Below, piece after piece: positions 12,347-24,918 of a DNA stretch of 64,000 bases; position 1 is the stretch's first letter, and every line of letters begins with the position of its first letter. The stretch is from Escherichia coli (GTDB lineage: Bacteria; Pseudomonadota; Gammaproteobacteria; Enterobacterales; Enterobacteriaceae), in the NCBI RefSeq assembly GCF_024298765.1, contig NZ_CP101210.1. One strand, 5' to 3'. The notes below the pieces were generated by a model that was not told where the DNA came from, did not search any database, and worked only from the letters and a program-made list of their open reading frames with translations. Both the position numbers and the translations under genes were made by a program.

Positions 12347-13763
12347 TTTTCTCCTGCGCCTGATGTTTCTTAAACCAGCTGCGGAAGCTCTCGCCGTCAG
12401 CATCAGGCAGATCGCGCGCCTCCATCCAGTCACCAATCGCGCCAACCTTGAGCGGGGTTTTGCCGCCATTGAGAAACCAGCTCGCCGCATGCGCGCCCGC
12501 CATCATCCCGACTTTCCACAGCCCCGGATGGCTATTGGCATAGGCGAACATCTTGATCGCCCGTCGCTCGGCTTTCGGCGTAATGCCCTCCTCGGCCATC
12601 ACCCGGCGATGACGCAGGATCAGTTTTGACAACGGAATACGCACCGGGCAGACGCTGTCACAAGCCGTGCACAAAGAACAGGCGTACGGCAGGTCTTTAA
12701 AATCTTTATAGCCGCCGAGCAGCGGAGAAATCACCGCGCCGATAGGGCCGGGATAGATAGAGCCATAGCCGTGCCCGCCGATGTGGCGGTACGCCGGACA
12801 GGTGTTCATACAGGCTCCGCAGCGGATGCAGCGCAGCACATCGCGAAACTCTGAGCCCAGCACCTGCGAGCGACCGTTATCGACAATCACCAGATGGAAC
12901 TCTTCCGGTCCGTCAACGTTGTCCGCCTCACGCGGGCCGGTCAGCCAGGTGTTGTAGCCCGTCAGACGTGCGCCCACGGCGCTGCGCGCCAGCATGGTAA
13001 TCAGCACATCCACCTCGGCAAAGGTCGGCGCGATACGCTCCATGCCCATCACCGCAATGTGCGTTTTCGGTAGCGTGGTGCACATGCGCGCGTTGCCTTC
13101 GTTGGTCACCAGACACACCGAGCCGGTTTCCGCCACGGCAAAGTTACAGCCAGTAATACCGATTTCGGCACTGAGGAAATCCTCGCGGATCTTCTGACGA
13201 ATGAACAAGGTCATAGCTTCCGGGGTTTCCGGGCCGTCGTACCCCAGACGTTCGTTCAGCACGCGGCGGATCTGGTAGCGATCTTTATGAATCGCCGGAA
13301 CCACGACGTGCGAAGGCGGATCCTGATCCAACTGCAGGATATATTCCCCGAGATCGGTTTCGATCACCTGGATTCCGGCATCCTGCAACACATGGTTGAC
13401 GCCGATTTCTTCGGTCACCATCGACTTGGACTTCACCACCTTCTGCGCATTTTTACTCTGCGCGACCTGCAAAATGTAGCGAGTGGCATCTTCTTTGGTT
13501 TTGGCGAAATAGACGTGTCCGCCGTTTTCCGTCACTTTCTCGGAGAGTTGGTACAGGTAAGTGTCGAGGTTGCTCAGAACGTGATCGCGGATCTGGCTGG
13601 CACGATCGCGCCATTCTTCCCAGTGGCCTAACTCATCGACCATTTTTTGCCGATTCGCGCCGATACGCTCCTGCGCATTAGCCACGGCTTTGCGCATAAT
13701 CGGATCTTCTATCTGCTGACGAATACGCAGTTTAAATTCTACATCGCTGGTTTTTATCGACAT
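12336..13763 (-). CDS. ykgF: LutB/YkgF iron-sulfur lactate-utilisation protein B
   Basis: 475 aa with two ferredoxin-type cysteine clusters (CIRCGACMNTCP; CSLCTACDSVCP). Confidence 0.9.
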   Translation of the reverse strand: MSIKTSDVEFKLRIRQQIEDPIMRKAVANAQERIGANRQKMVDELGHWEEWRDRASQIRDHVLSNLDTYLYQLSEKVTENGGHVYFAKTKEDATRYILQVAQSKNAQKVVKSKSMVTEEIGVNHVLQDAGIQVIETDLGEYILQLDQDPPSHVVVPAIHKDRYQIRRVLNERLGYDGPETPEAMTLFIRQKIREDFLSAEIGITGCNFAVAETGSVCLVTNEGNARMCTTLPKTHIAVMGMERIAPTFAEVDVLITMLARSAVGARLTGYNTWLTGPREADNVDGPEEFHLVIVDNGRSQVLGSEFRDVLRCIRCGACMNTCPAYRHIGGHGYGSIYPGPIGAVISPLLGGYKDFKDLPYACSLCTACDSVCPVRIPLSKLILRHRRVMAEEGITPKAERRAIKMFAYANSHPGLWKVGMMAGAHAASWFLNGGKTPLKVGAIGDWMEARDLPDADGESFRSWFKKHQAQEKKNG

Positions 13764-13773
13764 CTCTTTCCCC

Positions 13774-14493
13774 TCAGCGGCTCATCAGCACTTCAGCAAT
13801 ATGCATCACTTTGACCGGCTGGCCTTCCCGTTGCAGTCGACCGCCAATGTTCAGCAGGCAGCTAACGTCTGCGCCAATCAAAAATTCCGGCTTTGCGTCC
13901 ATCAGATGTAATACTTTCTCTTTCACCATCTCACCGGATATCTCGGCCATCTTGACCGAGAACGTCCCGCCAAAGCCGCAACAGGTATCCTGATCGGCAA
14001 ACGTCAACAGCTCCAGTCCGCGCACGTTTTTCAGCAGCGTAAGCGGCTCTTCCTTCACTCCCAGTTTGCGGGTCAGGCTACAGGAAGGATGATACACAGC
14101 GCGGCCCTGCAGGCTGGCACCAACGTCCACCACACCCAGTTTGTTGACGATAAAGGAGGTGAGATCCTGCATACGCGCGGAAACTTTCTCAGCACGCAGC
14201 GCCCATTCCGGTTCATCGGCCAGATACGTCGGGTAGCTTTTAACCGCGTAGGTGCAGGAGCCCGCCGGGGAGATAATCGGATCGTCGTTGTCTTCCAGCG
14301 CGGCGATCAGGTTTTTCATCCCGGGGATCGCCTCTTTGATGTAACCGCTGTTGATGGCTGGCTGACCGCAACACCCTTGCTTCTCGGGGAAATTAACGCG
14401 ACAACCCAGTTTTTCCAGCAGCAATACGGAGTCTCGTGCCATCCGTGATTTCAGTGCGTCACCAATACAGGTGACAAAGAAATTTACATTCAC
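13774..14493 (-). CDS. ykgE: LutA/YkgE cysteine-rich (CCG-domain) lactate-utilisation protein A
   Basis: 239 aa, MNVNFFVTCIGDAL..., CCG motifs (QGCCGQP, DTCCGFGG). Order ykgE-F-G as in K-12. Confidence 0.9.
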   Translation of the reverse strand: MNVNFFVTCIGDALKSRMARDSVLLLEKLGCRVNFPEKQGCCGQPAINSGYIKEAIPGMKNLIAALEDNDDPIISPAGSCTYAVKSYPTYLADEPEWALRAEKVSARMQDLTSFIVNKLGVVDVGASLQGRAVYHPSCSLTRKLGVKEEPLTLLKNVRGLELLTFADQDTCCGFGGTFSVKMAEISGEMVKEKVLHLMDAKPEFLIGADVSCLLNIGGRLQREGQPVKVMHIAEVLMSR

Positions 14494-14567
14494 AATAACT
14501 ACTCCATTGCTTCATTTCTGTTTATTGCGCTTGATATCGCGATATCAAACAAATGTTCATTCGTATT

Positions 14568-16265
14568 TCATGCCCAGTTTTTATGTTTGCTGGTTTTACC
14601 AATACCTGGATTCATAGTGTTGGTCGGATCATTTTCCTGATAAAAACGTGCCAAATTTTCCTGCGCTTTATACAGATGGCCGACATTGTGTTCCGCCGGA
14701 TATTGCGCTCCGCGTTGGCGCAGTAATTCCAGCATCTGTTCTTTTAACGCGTGGGCATCTACGCCTTTTTTAACGATATAATCCTGATGGAATACATGGC
14801 ACATAAAATGGCCGTAATAGAGTTTATGCACCAACTGACTGTCAATTTCCGCCGGTAAATGCTCATACCATTCGGTATCATTGCGGCGTAATGCAATATC
14901 CAGCGCGAGAATATCCTCAACCTCGTCAGAATGAACGGCCTGATAACGAATGGCAGCACCCGCGGCGGCAAAACGATGCAGAAACGCCTTACTGCCCTCT
15001 TCCGCGGTACAGGTAAAGAACGCGCCCTCGGCCGATTTAAAATAGTCCGTTAACCATGCCTGGGCTTCGGCCACACCCTCACCGGACATTTTCAACATCA
15101 GATGGTGTTCATAGTTATCGCGCCAGGTCTTCATCCGCGCCGGGAGATGGCTCGGGAACAGATGGCTAAAAGCCTGCATCGCGCGGTCGGTAAAGTGCGG
15201 GCGAAAGATCTTCACCTTCTCAAGTATGGCCTCGGTACGCCCCTTCAGGTTGAAGAAGAACGGCATTTTGTCCGTGCCAAGTTTGTCGATCATCAGGAAG
15301 GTATCTTTGCTGTATTTCTCTGCAATATCATAGATATCGCGGTGCATATACTCCCCAGCAACCGGCAGGTTTGTAAAATTCGCCAGGATGTGGCGGCGAA
15401 TCTCAGTCAGGACATCAGTCTGATTGGTACCGATATAAAAGACCTGCTGGTTCTTCTCGGCTTCAAAGGTATCCAGACGTACGGCAAACACCGCTAACTT
15501 GCCCGCACAGCCAGAGGATTCAAACAGGCGATCCGGGTCAGCGTTGTAACGTGCTGGCGTGTCGGCATTGATGTCCCGCACGCGGCTAACATAGTCGTGA
15601 TCGTGCGCGTGACGCCCGTCATGGTTGACGAGCACGGCTTCAATCGCATTGTTATCCAGCCGGGCAAGGATTTGCTCTGGCGTCTGACCTAGCTCAATGC
15701 CGAGGTGATTGACCAGCTGCAAGCGTCCCTGTTCATCAATACGGGCAAACAGCGACATCTCGGTATAAGCCGGGCCACGCTGGACCAGAGAACCGCCGGA
15801 GTTATTACAGATACCGCCGATAACCGACGCGCCGATGCACGAAGAGCCAATCACCGAATGCGGCTCACGGCCAAACGGCTTCAGCGCCTTTTCCAGCGAA
15901 TACAGCGTGGTGCCCGGATAAGCCAGCACCTGCTTACCCTCATCCAGCACATGCAGACTGTCCAGCCGCAGCGTGCTGATAATGACGATCTCGCGGTCGT
16001 AATCATTACCATTGGGCGTCGAACCCTCAGTCAGGCCAGTGTTCGACGCCTGCATCAGGATTATTTTATCGGCCTCAACGCAGGCGCTAAGGACTTTCCA
16101 GAGTTCAAGCAAAGAGCCGGGGATAACCACCGCCAGAGCATCACCCTGACCCGAGCGAAAACCCTTACGGTAACGCGCAGTTTTTGACGGTTCGGTGAGG
16201 ATATGAGCAGGGCCAACCAATTGGGTAAGAGTTGTCAAAAAGGTCTTATTATCAGTATGTTTCAT
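14568..16265 (-). CDS. FAD-dependent quinone-linked D-lactate dehydrogenase, Dld paralogue
   Basis: Long collinear similarity to K-12 Dld as I recall it (TARYRKGFRSGQGDALAVV.PGSLLELW..., NTGLTEGSTPNGNDYDR, HSVIGSSCIGASVIGGICNNSGGSLVQRGPAYTEMSLFARI). Start uncertain: M17 at 16265 chosen, the track start is 16313. Confidence 0.85.
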   Translation of the reverse strand: MKHTDNKTFLTTLTQLVGPAHILTEPSKTARYRKGFRSGQGDALAVVIPGSLLELWKVLSACVEADKIILMQASNTGLTEGSTPNGNDYDREIVIISTLRLDSLHVLDEGKQVLAYPGTTLYSLEKALKPFGREPHSVIGSSCIGASVIGGICNNSGGSLVQRGPAYTEMSLFARIDEQGRLQLVNHLGIELGQTPEQILARLDNNAIEAVLVNHDGRHAHDHDYVSRVRDINADTPARYNADPDRLFESSGCAGKLAVFAVRLDTFEAEKNQQVFYIGTNQTDVLTEIRRHILANFTNLPVAGEYMHRDIYDIAEKYSKDTFLMIDKLGTDKMPFFFNLKGRTEAILEKVKIFRPHFTDRAMQAFSHLFPSHLPARMKTWRDNYEHHLMLKMSGEGVAEAQAWLTDYFKSAEGAFFTCTAEEGSKAFLHRFAAAGAAIRYQAVHSDEVEDILALDIALRRNDTEWYEHLPAEIDSQLVHKLYYGHFMCHVFHQDYIVKKGVDAHALKEQMLELLRQRGAQYPAEHNVGHLYKAQENLARFYQENDPTNTMNPGIGKTSKHKNWA

Positions 16266-16700
16266 GGAGGGCGGCTCTCCGCTCCTTATATCAGGGCCAG
16301 TGAAAATGGCCATAAGTTCATTTGTACGACAAAACAGAATATTCCCTCAATCAATATCCACATGCAATACCCCATTTTATTTCTTTCGGCACCGCTCACA
16401 TTTTTTAATGAAATTACCACTACCACATAATTCATACTCCGTTCTTTTACTGGATGCCAAAACGCTTATTTCATTTATTGCAAAGACCATTTCATACCTA
16501 TTAATGATTAACTCTAATGGGTATTATTATATTTAGTGGTTATTCATATTTAATAAAAAAATAACATTATTTATACAATTATTAACCTTTGTAACTTTAT
16601 TTCACTGAAGCGATTCAGTTTGCATTTTTTATTTTATTATTAAGGTAGCCTCCTTCCCCCTAAATATAGTTAAGTCTAAAAAAGTAAATCGGGAATTGTA

Positions 16701-18254
16701 ATGCACGAATATTTAATGTTTGCTCTGGCACTCTCTCCTTTGCTGCTGATGGTATTTTTAATACTGAAATTAAAAATGCCCATCCATTATTCCGTACTGA
16801 TCTCTTTGGTATTCACCGCTGCACTATCGGCAATATTCTGGGAAATGCCCACACAGAATCTGAAAGCCGCGATAGGCTATGGTGCACTGAAGGGACTATG
16901 GCCGATCGTAATTGTTATCCTCGGCGCTATCTTCAGTTATAACGTCATGCAGGCGACCAAAGCGCTGGATATTCTGCGCGATATTCTCGCCAGCATTAGC
17001 GAAGATAAGCGTATTCAGGTGCTGCTGATTTCATGGTGTTTTGGTGGATTTCTTGAAGCCGCTGCGGGCTATGGCACGGCGGTCGCTATTCCGATCGGTA
17101 TTCTCATTGCGCTGGGATTCAACCCGTTGAAGGCGGCGATTGCTTCCCTCGTAGCAAATACCGTTCCGACCGCATTTGGCGCGGTTGGAATCCCGGTTTC
17201 TATTCTGGCAGAGCAGGTTAATCTGCCGGTTTATACCTTAGGCGGAACCATTATTTTGCAGCTCGCGCTGTTTAATATCCTGCTGCCGTTTGTGATTGTC
17301 TGCATTATTGGCGGTGGCCTGAAAGCCATTCGCGGCGTATTTCTGATCACGTTGATTTGCGGCATTTCCACGCTGGTTCCGCAATATTTTGTCGCCATCC
17401 ATCTTGGCGCGGAATTACCCGCCTTTGCCGGTAGCCTGGTCAGCCTGTTTGCCGTGGCGATGGTCAGTCGCCTGCGCAAAGGGAAAACCGATCCCGAGTG
17501 GCGCATTGAGGTCAGCCATACCCGCGAAACCACGCCGCGCTCGGCAAAAGTGTTGTTCCGGGTTGGCTCTATTTATCTGTTTATTTTTGTGTTTATCCTG
17601 CTGTGTTCGCCGCTGTTCCCGACAATAAAAGGCGCGGCATCCCAACTGGCTTCGGTGCTGCATTTCACGTTGGCTGACGGCAAAACGATGGCGCTGAAAG
17701 TTGAATGGGCGACCACACCGGGGATGCTGATCATCTTTGCGACCATTATCGGCGGTTTTATTCAGGGAGCGTCCGCACGTGGGATGCTGGAAGTATTTAT
17801 CAAAACGATTTTCCAGCTTAAAAACTCTATCGTCGCAATTATGGCGATCGTCGCGCTGGCCACGGTGATGGATCTCAGCGGGATTATCTCCACGCTGGCC
17901 CAGTCGATTGTCGATCTGACCGGCAGCTCGTACGTCTTCCTCGCCCCGGTGATTGGCGCGCTGGGCACGTTCGTGACCGGCAGCGATACCAACTCGAACA
18001 TTCTGTTCGGCAAGCTGCAAACCATTGCCGCCAGCAAGTTACATATCGATCCTAACTGGCTGGCGGCGGCCAATACCTCTGGCGCTACGGGGGGGAAAAT
18101 GATTTCGCCGCAAAGCATCGCCATCGCAGTTTCTGCCACCAAAATGGACGGTCAGGCCAACCAGATTATGTCTGGCACCATGAAATACTGCTGCGCCTAC
18201 ATTGTGATCCTCGGCCTGAAAGTCGGTCTGTTTTATTACTGGTTTATGGCGTAA
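16701..18254 (+). CDS. L-lactate/glycolate permease family (LctP) transporter
   Basis: 517 aa polytopic membrane protein with LctP-like motifs (GALKGLWPI, FGGFLEAAAGYGTAVAI, TGSDTNSNILFG). Divergent from the dld-like gene across an AT-rich 390-bp region. Confidence 0.85.
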   Translation: MHEYLMFALALSPLLLMVFLILKLKMPIHYSVLISLVFTAALSAIFWEMPTQNLKAAIGYGALKGLWPIVIVILGAIFSYNVMQATKALDILRDILASISEDKRIQVLLISWCFGGFLEAAAGYGTAVAIPIGILIALGFNPLKAAIASLVANTVPTAFGAVGIPVSILAEQVNLPVYTLGGTIILQLALFNILLPFVIVCIIGGGLKAIRGVFLITLICGISTLVPQYFVAIHLGAELPAFAGSLVSLFAVAMVSRLRKGKTDPEWRIEVSHTRETTPRSAKVLFRVGSIYLFIFVFILLCSPLFPTIKGAASQLASVLHFTLADGKTMALKVEWATTPGMLIIFATIIGGFIQGASARGMLEVFIKTIFQLKNSIVAIMAIVALATVMDLSGIISTLAQSIVDLTGSSYVFLAPVIGALGTFVTGSDTNSNILFGKLQTIAASKLHIDPNWLAAANTSGATGGKMISPQSIAIAVSATKMDGQANQIMSGTMKYCCAYIVILGLKVGLFYYWFMA

Positions 18255-18511
18255 ACCATTGTCAACCCCGTCAAATTCGCGGCAATCGAATTTGACGACA
18301 TAGTGACCAAAAAGGTTTACACCGCCCCGGGAACGGAACGAGGCAACAGACTTTACGATTTGTCGGCGCTGACTAAAATAGCGCCGATGTTTCAAATCGA
18401 GGATTGTTGTTATGTTGTTCTGGAAAAAGATGGTGAAGAAGTTCGACGCCTTTTCCGGTGATGCTGCCAACTTACTGATTTAGTGTATGATGGTGTTTTT
18501 GAGGTGCTCCA

Positions 18512-18787
18512 GTGGCTTCTGTTTCTATCAGCTGTCCCTCCTGTTCAGCTACTGACGGGGTGGTGCGTAACGGCAAAAGCACCGCCGGACATCAGCGCTA
18601 TCTCTGCTCTCACTGCCGTAAAACATGGCAACTGCAGTTCACTTACACCGCTTCTCAACCCGGTACGCACCAGAAAATCATTGATATGGCCATGAATGGC
18701 GTTGGATGCCGGGCAACCGCCCGCATTATGGGCGTTGGCCTCAACACGATTTTACGTCACTTAAAAAACTCAGGCCGCAGTCGGTAA
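18512..18787 (+). CDS. insA: IS1 InsA
   Basis: 91 aa [40 protein letters not shown]...; A6C slippery run at 18763-18769. Confidence 0.95.
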
Positions 18788-19209
18788 CCTCGCGCATACA
18801 GCCGGGCAGTGACGTCATCGTCTGCGCGGAAATGGACGAACAGTGGGGCTATGTCGGGGCTAAATCGCGCCAGCGCTGGCTGTTTTACGCGTATGACAGG
18901 CTCCGGAAGACGGTTGTTGCGCACGTATTCGGTGAACGCACTATGGCGACGCTGGGGCGTCTTATGAGCCTGCTGTCACCCTTTGACGTGGTGATATGGA
19001 TGACGGATGGCTGGCCGCTGTATGAATCCCGCCTGAAGGGAAAGCTGCACGTAATCAGCAAGCGATATACGCAGCGAATTGAGCGGCATAACCTGAATCT
19101 GAGGCAGCACCTGGCACGGCTGGGACGGAAGTCGCTGTCGTTCTCAAAATCGGTGGAGCTGCATGACAAAGTCATCGGGCATTATCTGAACATAAAACAC
19201 TATCAATAA
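18706..19209 (+). CDS. insB: IS1 InsB' frame (expressed as InsAB' by -1 frameshift)
   Basis: 167-aa frame overlapping insA, recognised IS1 sequence. Confidence 0.9.
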
Positions 19210-19688
19210 GTTGGAGTCATTACCAATGGTGGTAACCGTATAGTCCCAAATAAAGATAAAAATGCTTCATTCTTACTCACCATTCCATTTGCTAAGTCTG
19301 TTATTGATGAAATATTGAGTAAAGAAAATCTGTCATGGTGCTCGAAAAATACTTTGCCAATATTGCATGCTTTTAGTATTAGAGCTTTAACCTCCTAATT
19401 GCTGAAGTAATGATACAAGCTACAGTATTGGTGACGAATCTATAGACAAGGAGATAAAAACCAAATATCAGAATTATTTTTGATAGTGCTGGTAAAGAAG
19501 CGGTGTTTGATATCAGCATGTTTATCGGAAAAAAGCTTACCTGGAGCTTTGAAAAATTGCAAAGCAGGGCCTGACAATGAAGGCCCTAATACTGTACTGA
19601 ATGTTAACTCAGTACCAAATTACAAGGAAAAGTATTTTTTCTGGTAAGATTCTGTATACATAATAAATCACCTTATAGTTACAATAGG

Positions 19689-20170
19689 TCAAAAACCGCT
19701 GTAGCCAAAGTTACGCTGGCCTGATGCTTTAGTGTCGAGCTTCGTCAAATAATCCAGACGTACCAATAAGCGCTGGTACTGCTCTGGGAAATCAGGCTCG
19801 TTAATATCCAGGATGTAACGTCCATTAGCAGGGAAATGAACTAATCCCTGGTGATCTTCCAGTTCCAACCCTAAGGCACTGTACCAGGCTCCGGTAATTA
19901 ACCCTCTCAGTGTGTCAGAGCGCTCATAGTTTCCCAGGTGGTAATAGGCGTCTTTGTTAAAAAAAGGCAGACGTGATAATGACATTTAAAGGACTGCGTA
20001 TATTCTTTCGCCCAGATAATACAAACCGCCGTTGCGTAGGTGCGTTTGCCTTGTTGTTTTTTACTGTGTTGATCTGCATTAATTTTCGCATTCAGCGAGT
20101 TACGGAAACGAGATATCTCTCCGGGGATCAGGTTAGGGAAACAGGTAATGATATCCCCGTTGTCAATCAC
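19689..20170 (-). pseudogene. YagK/YfjJ-family (inovirus Gp2-type) gene, frameshifted
   Basis: Two overlapping track ORFs (19907..20170, 19689..19985) read as one protein: ...CIIWAKEYTQSFKCHYHVCLFL / NKDAYYHLGNYERSDTLRGLITGAWYSALGLE.... This parallels the intact paralogue at 35283..35846 (YYWVMEYTPDKGLHIHFIGYLDG). The frame change falls in an A7/T7 run at 19959-19965. Confidence 0.6.
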
Positions 20171-20260
20171 AGGAGGGTAATGGAGATCCCCCCGTATTGC
20201 TGTTATTCTGGAAGTGTTTTTAATATTCGTATTGATAGTTCTCAGAGATTGGATTTGCCC

Positions 20261-21166
20261 CTATATTTCCAGACACCTGTTATCACTTAACCCATTACTG
20301 GCCCGCTGCCGTAGATATTCCCGTGGCGAGCGATAACCCAGTGCACTATGCGGGTGCCATTCGTTATAATGCTCGAACGCCTCTGCAAGGTTCTTTGCTG
20401 CCGTTAACCCGTCTGGTTTAGGCATGATACTGATGTAGTCACGCTTTATCGTTTTCACGAAGCTCTCTGCTATGCCGTTACTCTCCGGACTCTGCACCGC
20501 CGTGTTCTTCGGTTCAAGCCCTAATATCCGGGCAAACTGCCGTGTTTCATTAGCCCGGTAGCATGAACCATTATCCGTCAGCCACTCTACTGGAGACGCC
20601 GGAAGCTCGTTGCCGAAGCGGCGTTCCACCGCTCCTGGCATGACGTCCTGTACTGTTTCACTGTCGAAGCCGCCCGTAGTGACTGCCCAGTGCAGTGCCT
20701 CACGGTCACAGCAGTCCAGCGCGAACGTGACTCGCAGTTTTTCTCCGTTATCACAGCGGAACTCGAACCCGTCAGAGCACCATCGTTGATTGCTTTCTTT
20801 CACGGCCACTTTGCCAGTATGTGCCCGTTTCGATGGCGGTACAGCGGTTTTTCGCTCAAGCAACAGCGCATTCTGGCGCATGATCCGGTAAACACGTTTG
20901 GCATTGATCGCAGGCATACCATCAAGTTCGGCCTGTCTGCGAAGCAGCGCCCATACCCGACGATAACCATACGTGGGCAGCTCTCCGATAACATGGTGTA
21001 TACGGAGAAGCACATCCGTATCATCTGAGTGACGGCTGCGGCGACCATCTTTCCAGTCATCGGTTCGTCTGAGAATTACGTGCAACTGCGCACGCGACAC
21101 CCGGAGACAACGGCTGACTAAGCTTACTCCCCATCCCCGGGCAATAAGGGCGCGTGCGCTATCCAC
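20261..21166 (-). CDS. insD: IS2 OrfB (InsD) integrase-like transposase
   Basis: 301 aa, recognised IS2 InsD sequence ([29 protein letters not shown]...). Confidence 0.95.
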   Translation of the reverse strand: MDSARALIARGWGVSLVSRCLRVSRAQLHVILRRTDDWKDGRRSRHSDDTDVLLRIHHVIGELPTYGYRRVWALLRRQAELDGMPAINAKRVYRIMRQNALLLERKTAVPPSKRAHTGKVAVKESNQRWCSDGFEFRCDNGEKLRVTFALDCCDREALHWAVTTGGFDSETVQDVMPGAVERRFGNELPASPVEWLTDNGSCYRANETRQFARILGLEPKNTAVQSPESNGIAESFVKTIKRDYISIMPKPDGLTAAKNLAEAFEHYNEWHPHSALGYRSPREYLRQRASNGLSDNRCLEI

Positions 21167-21489
21167 TTTTTTGCACGCCCGTATTCAACGGCTTCTTTAA
21201 GGAGTTCATTTTCCATCGTTTTTTTGCCGAGCAGGCGCTGGAGTTCTTTAATCTGCTTTATGGCAGCAGCAAGTTCAGAGGCAGGAACGATCTGTTCTCC
21301 TGCGGCCACAGCAGTAAGACTTCCCTCCTGGTATTGCTTGCGCCAGAGAAATAACTGGCTGGCTGCCACACCGTGTTGCCGGGCAACAAGGGAGACCGTC
21401 ATTCCCGGTTCAAAGCTCTGCTGAACAATAGCGATCTTTTCCTGTGTAGTACGCCGTCTGCGTTTCTCCGGTCCTAAGACATCAATCAT
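21124..21489 (-). CDS. insC: IS2 OrfA (InsC)
   Basis: 121 aa from [52 protein letters not shown].... Confidence 0.9.
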   Translation of the reverse strand: MIDVLGPEKRRRRTTQEKIAIVQQSFEPGMTVSLVARQHGVAASQLFLWRKQYQEGSLTAVAAGEQIVPASELAAAIKQIKELQRLLGKKTMENELLKEAVEYGRAKKWIAHAPLLPGDGE

Positions 21490-21533
21490 CTGCTCTCCAA
21501 TGACTAGTCTAAAAACTAGTATTAAGACTATCA

Positions 21534-23450
<1,917 letters not shown>

Positions 23451-23463
23451 TACCGCAGGAGGC

Positions 23464-24918
23464 ATGATGGAGAGCATTAATAATCAAGTGCAGTCGGTAC
23501 GCCAGTTGCTGGCCATTCCCCAACTGGCCATCCCAAGCTATCAGCGACCTTACCGCTGGGGCTCCAAGAATATCTCGGATCTCTTTACCGATTTGGCAAC
23601 CCATCAGGACAAGAGCGCCTACCGGCTGGGCTCGGTGGTGTTTCATCAGCACACCGATAGTGAGCAGGGCGAAATGCTTGATATCGTCGATGGTCAGCAA
23701 CGCACCCTGACCCTGATGTTGACCGTCAAGGCGCTGATCGAGGTGCTGGATAACGAAAATCGCAGTGGCAAAGAGAAGAGTATCCGGTTTCAACGTCAGG
23801 ATCTGCGTGAGCAATTGCAGGTCTTGCGTGGACCTATCGATGCGTTTATGCAGCGCCAGCGCTTCCCCAGCCGGGATTCGGAGTTCAACCTCAGACGTAA
23901 CTATCTGGAGTTGCGTCGGCTGGTGGCCCGCCCTGAGTTTGACGAGCAGCAAATTGACTTTCTGCTCAACCGCTGTCAGGTGGTCTGCTTTGTACTGCAG
24001 GATATCTCGGAGGCGTTCCAGTTCTTCGATTCGCAAAATGCCCGGGGGCGCGATCTGGCTCCTCACGATCTGCTCAAGGCATTTCACCTGCGCGAGTTTG
24101 CCGGTCATGAGGCCAATCTCAAGGCCGAGGCGGTCGCCCATTGGGAGCGCCTGCCAAGCGACGAGCTGGCCAATCTGTTCGCCCTCTATCTCTATCGGGT
24201 ACGCCAGTGGGCCGAGGGCAAGTCGGCCCGCTACTTTGGCAAGGGGGAGGTGGATCTCTTCAAGGGGGTCAACCTAGATCGGGTAGGGCATTATCCTTAC
24301 GTGGAGTCGCTGCGCATCGCCCACCACTTTGTCGATGAGTACAACAGCCAGTACCAGCGCAAGATTGACGGCCAGTACATGACGTTTCCCTTTCATCTCG
24401 ACCAGATGATCATCAATGGTCGGCGCTTTTTCGAGATGGCCGAGTACTACCAGACGCGGGTGGCCGCCATCGTGGCCGAGGAGTCTGATTCCGGCAAGGC
24501 GCAATCTGCCACCCTGCTCGGCGAAACGCTGACACCGATGGCCAGCAAGGTGCTATCGACCCTGGGCAGCTACGAGCGTCGCCACCGCACCGGGGATCGT
24601 TATGTGCGGGCCATGTTCGACTGCGCCCTGATCTTCTATATCGACAAGTTCGGCAGCCAAGGGCTGTCACTGGCCATCGAGAAGTGCTTTATCTGGGCCT
24701 ATCGCTGCCGCATCCGCCAGCAGGTAGTGCAGTTGGCAACCATGGATAACTATGTGCTGGAGCACAATCTGATCCGTGCCATTCGTGATGCTCGTCTGCC
24801 GGGAGATCTGCACGGCTTCCCTTTGCCTAGCATGAGCAGTCGAGAGAACAAGAACAATCGCAATGGTGCCGAAGATGAGCTGGTCGGGCTGTTTCGGGAG
24901 ATGAAATATTATGAATGA
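23464..24918 (+). CDS. DUF262 (ParB/GmrS-like NTPase) domain protein without a recognisable nuclease domain
   Basis: 484 aa. [69 protein letters not shown] at 23456-23461. 8-nt overlap with the next gene. Confidence 0.8.
   Translation: MMESINNQVQSVRQLLAIPQLAIPSYQRPYRWGSKNISDLFTDLATHQDKSAYRLGSVVFHQHTDSEQGEMLDIVDGQQRTLTLMLTVKALIEVLDNENRSGKEKSIRFQRQDLREQLQVLRGPIDAFMQRQRFPSRDSEFNLRRNYLELRRLVARPEFDEQQIDFLLNRCQVVCFVLQDISEAFQFFDSQNARGRDLAPHDLLKAFHLREFAGHEANLKAEAVAHWERLPSDELANLFALYLYRVRQWAEGKSARYFGKGEVDLFKGVNLDRVGHYPYVESLRIAHHFVDEYNSQYQRKIDGQYMTFPFHLDQMIINGRRFFEMAEYYQTRVAAIVAEESDSGKAQSATLLGETLTPMASKVLSTLGSYERRHRTGDRYVRAMFDCALIFYIDKFGSQGLSLAIEKCFIWAYRCRIRQQVVQLATMDNYVLEHNLIRAIRDARLPGDLHGFPLPSMSSRENKNNRNGAEDELVGLFREMKYYE

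Larger units (their letters stand above)
18457..19224 (+). mobile_element. IS1 copy A, complete (768 bp)
   Basis: Ends ggtgatgctgccaacttactgat (18457...) and ...aagttggagtcattacc (19224). Contains insA/insB'. 9-bp flanks gccttttcc and aatggtggt do not match. Confidence 0.95.
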
